Shown here: positions 14,969 through 20,000 of the stretch, piece by piece
How the letters are laid out: each line of letters begins with the position of its first letter
Numbering within the stretch: position 1 is the stretch's first letter
Source: an uncultured virus (IMG/VR IMGVR_UViG_3300001605_000037)
Lineage: Duplodnaviria; Heunggongvirae; Uroviricota; Caudoviricetes
Reading direction: 5' to 3' (one strand)
Length of the DNA stretch: 20,000 bases
IMG/VR virus record: IMGVR_UViG_3300001605_000037
Coordinates: 44,915 to 64,914 of that record
Notes under the pieces: model-generated
What the model saw: only the letters and a program-made list of their open reading frames with translations
What the model was told of the DNA's origin: nothing
Database searches by the model: none
Translations under genes and position numbers: made by a program

Positions 14969-15691
14969 ATGATACCGATTAAGGCGTATAGTATTGGGGA
15001 TGCTCATTGTCAGGTTGTAACGAAGCTTCTTAAGGATGGGAAGGTACAACTAACACAGGATGGTGAATTGACAGTTGAGCATCTGGATATGGTGATTGAG
15101 ATTAAGAATCCTCTCTCGGAGCCAATGGTACATCCTGGGAGTAACTTTCAAGCTGGAAAGCTAAGAGAGTATGTTGATGGACTGCTGAATGGGACAAGTG
15201 GAACCTTTACATATACATACCATGAGAGGTTGTTTGGATGGAGTCCCTGGGAAGATGGGTATGATGCGATTAATCAAATTGATGGTATTGTTAGGTACCT
15301 TGCTGATGAGACAAATAGAGATAGCCGCCGTGCTGTTGCTATTACTTGGTATCCTTGGAAGGATCTTGGATATTCTGGACCATGCTTGCAATATGTGCAG
15401 TTTATTGTTCGTGATGGACAGCTGTTCATGACAGTTCTGTTCCGGAGTAACGATGGCTTATCAGCAGCTGGAGCGAATATGTTTGCCTTGGTGGCATTGC
15501 AGGCTGCGGTTGCTGCTAAGTTGTACTTGAAGGTTGGAGGATACTGTCATCACTCAGTAAGTATGCATGCATATGTGATCAGAGATCAGAAAGAGGTTGA
15601 GGATATGTTGATGAAGCAGTTTGGTTGGACACGTGACACAACTCGAGCTGGCTTGGTGCGTGACAGACCTGATATTCCTTGGAAGGTGTGA
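14969..15691 (+). CDS. thyA: Thymidylate synthase, archaeal ThyA type (or related dUMP hydroxymethylase)
   Basis: FTYTYHERL, SRRAVAITW, catalytic PCLQ, FRSND, ANM, SMHAY. Confidence 0.9.
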   Translation: MIPIKAYSIGDAHCQVVTKLLKDGKVQLTQDGELTVEHLDMVIEIKNPLSEPMVHPGSNFQAGKLREYVDGLLNGTSGTFTYTYHERLFGWSPWEDGYDAINQIDGIVRYLADETNRDSRRAVAITWYPWKDLGYSGPCLQYVQFIVRDGQLFMTVLFRSNDGLSAAGANMFALVALQAAVAAKLYLKVGGYCHHSVSMHAYVIRDQKEVEDMLMKQFGWTRDTTRAGLVRDRPDIPWKV

Positions 15692-15846
15692 TGGTGGAGC
15701 ATATTCCAGATATTGCACCACCTCCAAAATCTTGGAAGCTAACTCGAGTGAAAAGGTTGATGGTGAAGAAGAAGTTGGGGTCTGCATTTGTGCCCTATAG
15801 GTTAGTTGAGGATGCATGGAATGTAACGGGGATTGATGATGCATGA
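15691..15846 (+). CDS. Small basic hypothetical protein, 51 aa (MVEHIPDIAPPP...)
   Basis: Translated by hand; TGATG and ATGA overlaps. Confidence 0.6.
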   Translation: MVEHIPDIAPPPKSWKLTRVKRLMVKKKLGSAFVPYRLVEDAWNVTGIDDA

Positions 15847-17387
15847 TTGATGAGATGGATTTGTTATATAAAGCTCGGTACCCTATCATCTGGTTACAGA
15901 CAGCAGAGGAAGTACGAGCACTCAAGATGATTGAGGAACTTGCAGAGAGACGAACAGCTAAGGTACTTACTTGGACAGTAACGAAGGGATTGGTTGGACC
16001 TGCCGGAGGTATATCGAACACACAGGCCCTGGATGTTGCTTTGTCTGAAGTGATTAGTTACAATGATAGGGAAAATAGATTTGTGGTGTTGATTGATGTG
16101 CATAATCATCTCACTGATAATGTGGTGATTAGGTATCTGAAGGAGCTAGCTATTAAGCTTCCTGTGAAGACCCGTACGTCTATATTCGTGGTGTCACCCT
16201 CAGACAAGATTCCTAAAGATCTCCAGAAGGTCATAACTATCTTGGAGATACCATTGCCTGATAGGGATATTTTGAAGGGGATTGTCGAGAAGACATTGAC
16301 AGAGTGGATTGATCTGAGCAAGACTGACTCTGGAGCCAAACAACTTATTGGTGCTATTGAAGAGCCTGTGCGAGCAAAGATGGATGCATTAGTGAATGCT
16401 GGGTTGGGGTTGACAGTAGATGAGTTTGCTAACATATCTACTAAGACCTTGATTGGTAAGAACATCGATCCTTCTGTGATTCTGGGTGAAAAGAAACACA
16501 TCATCAGAAGTACGGGCATGCTTGAGTATATTGATAATGATACAGGTATGGCTGATGTGGGTGGATTGGATGCATTTAAGCAGTGGCTCACATTTGCTGT
16601 TAAGACATTGGATCCTAAGGCTGCCAGCTATGGGTTGAAGCCGCTGCGAGGTGTTATGTTGGTAGGTCCACCTGGAACTGGGAAGACCTTGTTAGCTAAG
16701 CTTATTGCAACACAGTTTGGAACACCTCTCCTGTTGCTTGATATGGCTAACATTGCTACTAAGTTCTATGGAGAGTCTTCGAGCAATATTAAGCAGGCTT
16801 TGAATTTAGCTGATGCGTTAGCTCCCGATGTGTTTTTGTGGGATGAGGTGGAGAAGATGTTTGCTACAGGTGGTGCTGGTGAGGGTCATGAGGAAACTAT
16901 GAGGACCTTGTCAGTGTTGCTTACACATATAGAGGAGAGTAAGGCTCCTGTGTTTAGGGTGGCTACCTGTAATAATCCAATGAATCTGAAGCCTGAGATG
17001 CTTCAGAGGTTTCCGAAGATATTCTTTGTGGACCTTCCTAATATGATTGAGAGGCTGTCGATTTTGGACATCCACTTACGAGCTAGTAAGCAAGATCCTG
17101 CTAGGTTTGATATGAATAGGTTAGCGAATATTACTGATGGGTATGTTGGAAGAGAGATTCGTAACCTCATCCAGGATGCTATGATAAGGTCGTTCTATGA
17201 GGATAGACCGTTGGAGACAGATGATATTGTGGCAGTTGTTAACCTGACCACCCCACTGTCCAAGCAAGATAAGATATCCAAGGAGATTACTGAGGTGCGT
17301 GAATGGGCAGGTATGAATGCTTGCAATGCTTCGACAGCCACTATTGGTGATCGGGGTGGTAGTACTTCGAGGGATGTGATTACATGA
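15843..17387 (+). CDS. Ycf46-like AAA+ ATPase (degenerate N-terminal and active C-terminal AAA domain), 514 aa
   Basis: N-terminal KARYPIIWLQTAEE.R; EKKHIIRSTGMLEY; DVGGLD; Walker A GPPGTGKT; Walker B LWDEVEK; IFFVDLP; VREWA. Confidence 0.88.
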   Translation: MIDEMDLLYKARYPIIWLQTAEEVRALKMIEELAERRTAKVLTWTVTKGLVGPAGGISNTQALDVALSEVISYNDRENRFVVLIDVHNHLTDNVVIRYLKELAIKLPVKTRTSIFVVSPSDKIPKDLQKVITILEIPLPDRDILKGIVEKTLTEWIDLSKTDSGAKQLIGAIEEPVRAKMDALVNAGLGLTVDEFANISTKTLIGKNIDPSVILGEKKHIIRSTGMLEYIDNDTGMADVGGLDAFKQWLTFAVKTLDPKAASYGLKPLRGVMLVGPPGTGKTLLAKLIATQFGTPLLLLDMANIATKFYGESSSNIKQALNLADALAPDVFLWDEVEKMFATGGAGEGHEETMRTLSVLLTHIEESKAPVFRVATCNNPMNLKPEMLQRFPKIFFVDLPNMIERLSILDIHLRASKQDPARFDMNRLANITDGYVGREIRNLIQDAMIRSFYEDRPLETDDIVAVVNLTTPLSKQDKISKEITEVREWAGMNACNASTATIGDRGGSTSRDVIT

Positions 17388-17518
17388 ATGTTTGGGAGTT
17401 TAGACAGCTCTATGAGTCTGCTATGCCATTGGAAGGATTGGTGGGTGGATTCCTGCTAGGTTGTGGAGTGTTGATAGTGTATGTGTGGTGGAAGGAGAGA
17501 TCGTTGAATGATCATTGA
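17384..17518 (+). CDS. Small single-TM protein, 44 aa (MNVWEF...GFLLGCGVLIVYVWWKER)
   Basis: Translated by hand; ATGA overlap; hydrophobic helix followed by WWKER. Confidence 0.58.
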   Translation: MNVWEFRQLYESAMPLEGLVGGFLLGCGVLIVYVWWKERSLNDH

Positions 17519-17690
17519 TGTGTATGAGAATCCAGAGGTGGCTGTGATGTTAGGAACACCTTCAGATGATGTGATTATCACTGATGAGGGTATCATTGCA
17601 ACCCATGGTGAGATTGATGAACAGATGAAAGCTGAGTTTGAGAGACTCGGTGTTAGGATTGAAGAGGAGACCACAGTACTCTGTGGGTAA
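17508..17690 (+). CDS. Small acidic hypothetical protein, 60 aa
   Basis: AAGGAG upstream; sits inside the AAA module. Confidence 0.7.
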   Translation: MIIDVYENPEVAVMLGTPSDDVIITDEGIIATHGEIDEQMKAEFERLGVRIEEETTVLCG

Positions 17691-17696
17691 AGTATT

Positions 17697-18059
17697 ATGT
17701 CACAAATGAGTGTGTTAAAAACAACTGTTGATCTGACAGATAAGAATGTACTGCAGACTGCCCTGACAGCTATGGCGACTATGTTTCCAGGCATGACCAC
17801 TACTGTTCGTGGGAATGATATACTGGTTCATTGGGTAGGTATCCAACAGTATAGGAAGCAGAATTTAACTTTCAAGTGGACAGGAAAGTTATTCGAGCCC
17901 ATTGGGGATTCGTATAATACGGGTGGTAACCTCGATAGGGTCATGAATGCTGTACCGGTGCATTATAGACGAGCTGTTGCTAAGTCTGTCATGGGGAAGT
18001 ATGGATCTTGCATTACATCTGAGATTAAGGGTGGCATTCGGCTTAGGGTACACAGGTGA
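17697..18059 (+). CDS. DUF1257 (Ycf35)-like protein, 120 aa
   Basis: MSQMSVLKT...DKNVLQTAL N-terminus, FKWTGKLFEPIGD, Y-x-R-x-V helix, G-x-IRLRV C-terminus; context next to a Ycf46-like ATPase. Confidence 0.75.
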   Translation: MSQMSVLKTTVDLTDKNVLQTALTAMATMFPGMTTTVRGNDILVHWVGIQQYRKQNLTFKWTGKLFEPIGDSYNTGGNLDRVMNAVPVHYRRAVAKSVMGKYGSCITSEIKGGIRLRVHR

Positions 18060-18064
18060 GGTAG

Positions 18065-18262
18065 ATGGAAGATACCATTGATGTTATGGATGATGGAAGG
18101 ATTATCGTTGACTTCCATGGGTATGAAGGTACTACATGCACTGATCATCTGAGGGATGTTGTACAGAGGTTTGGTGCGCTGGGTGTGAAGGCTCAGATAG
18201 AGGAGACTAGGAAGAAGAATTCTGTCCTAGCTGCACCACAGGGAATGTTAGTTAGGAAGTGA
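18065..18262 (+). CDS. DUF2997-like protein, 65 aa
   Basis: I-x-V-x-x-DG-x-I-x-V...GYEG-x-x-C...LG pattern; follows the DUF1257-like gene. Confidence 0.72.
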   Translation: MEDTIDVMDDGRIIVDFHGYEGTTCTDHLRDVVQRFGALGVKAQIEETRKKNSVLAAPQGMLVRK

Positions 18263-18265
18263 GGT

Positions 18266-18574
18266 ATGCCTGATGAGGTTTTTATACTTCATACTACGCA
18301 GGGACCACTAAGGTGTCGGGTCAGTGGTGGGGATATTGTAAGTCTTGAGAGCGTCGAACAGATACATGTTGGGGATAGGGTGCAAAGTGCTGATCTAATG
18401 TCAGCCACTGGGTCTGCCTGGCCAATCGTTGTACCAGAGTATCGACCTGATGTACCATTCTGGGCTAGGACATATGAGTTGCCATCGGATGATCCCAAAG
18501 CCTGCCAGGAGTTGAAGGGTAGGGTCGAGGAGAAAGAGACTGATAGGCGAGATGTGATTTTCGATGATGCATGA
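18266..18574 (+). CDS. Hypothetical protein, 102 aa
   Basis: ORF in tight operon-like spacing; ends RRDVIFDDA. Confidence 0.72.
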   Translation: MPDEVFILHTTQGPLRCRVSGGDIVSLESVEQIHVGDRVQSADLMSATGSAWPIVVPEYRPDVPFWARTYELPSDDPKACQELKGRVEEKETDRRDVIFDDA

Positions 18575-18812
18575 TGGTACTCAACTTGAGATTGGGGAAT
18601 GTGCAATTCGAACTGACACTGGATTCATAGTCTGCACTGTTGACTCATATTCGATAACACGCGACCATGTTGAGATGATTGGTAGTGAGTATCGGATTGG
18701 TGCTATTGCTACAGGGGATGTGAGGATAACGTTTGAGGGACGAGTGCTTTCTAACCTGAGTGACGACCCATTACCTAACAACCCATCATATCTCCTGTGG
18801 GTAGTATGGTGA
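18564..18812 (+). CDS. Hypothetical beta-rich protein, 82 aa
   Basis: Overlaps previous stop; codon usage like neighbours. Confidence 0.68.
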   Translation: MMHDGTQLEIGECAIRTDTGFIVCTVDSYSITRDHVEMIGSEYRIGAIATGDVRITFEGRVLSNLSDDPLPNNPSYLLWVVW

Positions 18813-18815
18813 TCT

Positions 18816-19169
18816 TTGAGGAGTAAACCTATGATGCTTGATAATAGTGACGAATATCTGGATCATCTGGAATTTCGGACACATACCATTGATCTATTCA
18901 AATGTGATACGATTAAGTATGCAATATTCTCAGGGTCCAGGCATGAACGCAATTCGGTACCGTATTCTGGATTGGTGATTGAATCAGATGTACGACCAAT
19001 GATATTAGGTAGAATGCACAGATTGGTGGTTCTTGAGATGACTGAAGAGGAGTTTGCTCAACGGCGGTCCCACTACCTAGAAGTAGTTGTTCCAATGCAA
19101 CATTCATGCCACGTGAGTAAGATACCTCCTAGATCTGGATCGTATAGACAAGTGGTCTTTGAGGAGTAG
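18816..19169 (+). CDS. Hypothetical protein, about 115 aa
   Basis: TTG 18816 after GGTGA, or ATG 18831 after GAGGAG; ends YRQVVFEE. Confidence 0.68.
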   Translation: MRSKPMMLDNSDEYLDHLEFRTHTIDLFKCDTIKYAIFSGSRHERNSVPYSGLVIESDVRPMILGRMHRLVVLEMTEEEFAQRRSHYLEVVVPMQHSCHVSKIPPRSGSYRQVVFEE

Positions 19170-19171
19170 CT

Positions 19172-19474
19172 ATGACAGATGATATTGATGCATTTATTGG
19201 AGAGTTGGTGGATGGACCCATGACAGGTCTCCCCCATGTGTCTATTGCATTTCCTGGACAGTCGCCAATACCTACCACCGTGGTTAGGATTACCCGTCGT
19301 AGAGAGGTTGGTGTTGGTATGCTGTATCGGATTGACTGTGTTATTACTGATGACCAACAGACCCGGGGGTATAGTAGAGCACTTGATGCTGGACTGACAC
19401 CTGCTACTTGGGAGGATATTGCTGAGGGGCGAACTGATCCAACCGCAACAAGAACAACAATACTTGAGGATTGA
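19172..19474 (+). CDS. Hypothetical protein, 100 aa
   Basis: GAGGAG RBS; ends TRTTILED. Confidence 0.72.
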   Translation: MTDDIDAFIGELVDGPMTGLPHVSIAFPGQSPIPTTVVRITRRREVGVGMLYRIDCVITDDQQTRGYSRALDAGLTPATWEDIAEGRTDPTATRTTILED

Positions 19475-19476
19475 CT

Positions 19477-20000
19477 ATGGTGTTTAAAGTGTTGGTGGAT
19501 GGGAGCAATCTAGGGACTGCTATAGCGGCCATGAGGGCTAATTGCGTAGAGTGCCTGGCAACGTTCCCATCTGCAGATGTGATGTACATGAGGGCCATTG
19601 ATACTGCCAATGTGTGCATCTGTGAGTGTAAAACAAAAGTGGTAGTGACTGGAGAACCAGAACAGTTGGGTATTGATTTGTTAGAGATGCCAACTGACCT
19701 ATCTGGACCAATTGAGCTTGAGGTAGCTGATAGGATTCTTATTAAGGTTGGGAGGGTAACCCACAAGATTAAGGTGTTGCATCCAGGGTATATTAGAGCA
19801 CCACCCGAACCGAAGGTGCAGTGGCCATTTGTGTTTGATCTGCCAGCTTCGGAGTTGAGGTTGGGGTTTAATGAGGTGGTTAAGAAGATTCCTCCGAAGG
19901 ATACTCAGGGTGGAGTGTTTATAACCTGGAGGGGTGATGAGTTGATTATTGAGGATATATCGAGGGATGTAGTGTTTATAACCTGGAGGGGTGATGAGTT
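19477..20000 (+). CDS. pcn: Divergent PCNA sliding clamp (3' end outside window)
   Basis: Open frame absent from the track because it has no stop in the window: MVFKVLVDGSNL...MRAIDTANV...LGIDL...LHPGYIRAPPEPKV. Matches the euryarchaeal PCNA motifs A(V/I)D-x-ANV, LG-x-D and the interdomain connector. Confidence 0.8.
   Translation, partial: MVFKVLVDGSNLGTAIAAMRANCVECLATFPSADVMYMRAIDTANVCICECKTKVVVTGEPEQLGIDLLEMPTDLSGPIELEVADRILIKVGRVTHKIKVLHPGYIRAPPEPKVQWPFVFDLPASELRLGFNEVVKKIPPKDTQGGVFITWRGDELIIEDISRDVVFITWRGDE
19914..20000 (+). repeat. Exact direct repeat of at least 30 bp, period 57 bp, in frame within pcn
   Basis: AGTGTTTATAACCTGGAGGGGTGATGAGTT at 19914-19943 and 19971-20000 (VFITWRGDE twice). 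Confidence 0.95.

Larger units (their letters stand above)
1..20000 (+). mobile_element. Segment of a probable archaeal dsDNA virus/provirus (early, replication and nucleotide-metabolism region)
   Basis: About 55 tightly packed co-oriented ORFs with frequent ATGA/TGATG overlaps, mostly small unknowns. PolB, PCNA, SSB, Sak4-like ATPase, dcd, thyA, MazG and one tRNA occur in a non-cellular arrangement, with archaeal expression signals. No structural genes in the window, so a large plasmid-like element is not excluded. Confidence 0.88.

Noticed and set aside
1983..15431. Alternative-frame + strand ORFs (1983..2225, 2250..2435, 4772..4957, 9035..9232, 12374..12667, 15189..15431)
   Set aside because: Nested within better-supported genes, with no RBS or motifs.
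87..19766. All minus-strand ORFs in the track (e.g. 677..1219, 2006..2569, 10864..11397, 16106..16591, 19404..19766)
   Set aside because: Each lies antisense to a coupled + strand gene with an RBS; they lack RBS and family motifs and look like shadows of the G/T skew.
19914..20000. Mini-CRISPR (30-bp repeat, 27-bp spacer)
   Set aside because: Only two copies visible, in frame inside a PCNA-like ORF, with no leader or typical repeat terminus. The next window is needed to exclude it fully.
1..20000. Stop-codon reassignment or amber (pyrrolysine) read-through explaining the many short ORFs
   Set aside because: Long conserved genes are uninterrupted under the standard code, and short ORFs end in start-overlapping stops with RBS for the next frame.

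Overview
The window is a gene-dense segment, coding only on the + strand, of what is most likely an archaeal dsDNA virus or provirus. A methanogen-type euryarchaeal host is inferred from GGAGGTGA/GGTGA ribosome-binding sites, a BRE-TATA promoter, an archaeal-type tRNA-Leu, and archaeal-type ThyA and PCNA. No capsid, terminase or integrase gene is visible, so the viral assignment is an inference. Layout: (1) 1-1970, a compositionally distinct chain of translationally coupled, mostly Cys-rich small genes built from recurring short DNA/peptide modules. (2) 1967-4560, small hypothetical and Zn-finger genes ending in a QueD-like T-fold gene. (3) 4570-8490, a promoter, a basic protein, wHTH genes, an OB-fold SSB, tRNA-Leu(CAA), a structured non-coding stretch containing a tRNA-like minihelix, and a Sak4/AAA_24-like ATPase with an apparent inserted domain. 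(4) 8491-15691, nucleotide metabolism and replication: a degenerate MazG-like/phosphohistidine-swivel fusion, a TGT/DpdA-like TIM barrel, MazG, PolB with a PIP box, two unknowns, dCTP deaminase and ThyA. (5) 15843-19474, a Ycf46-like AAA+ ATPase with DUF1257-like and DUF2997-like partners and neighbours sharing a C-terminal motif. (6) 19477-end, a divergent PCNA with an in-frame repeat at the window edge. The best candidates for new biology are the putative guanine-modification cluster with the unusual phosphohistidine fusion, the modular mini-gene array, the minihelix RNA and the AAA module. All family calls come from motif recognition by eye; no searches were run.
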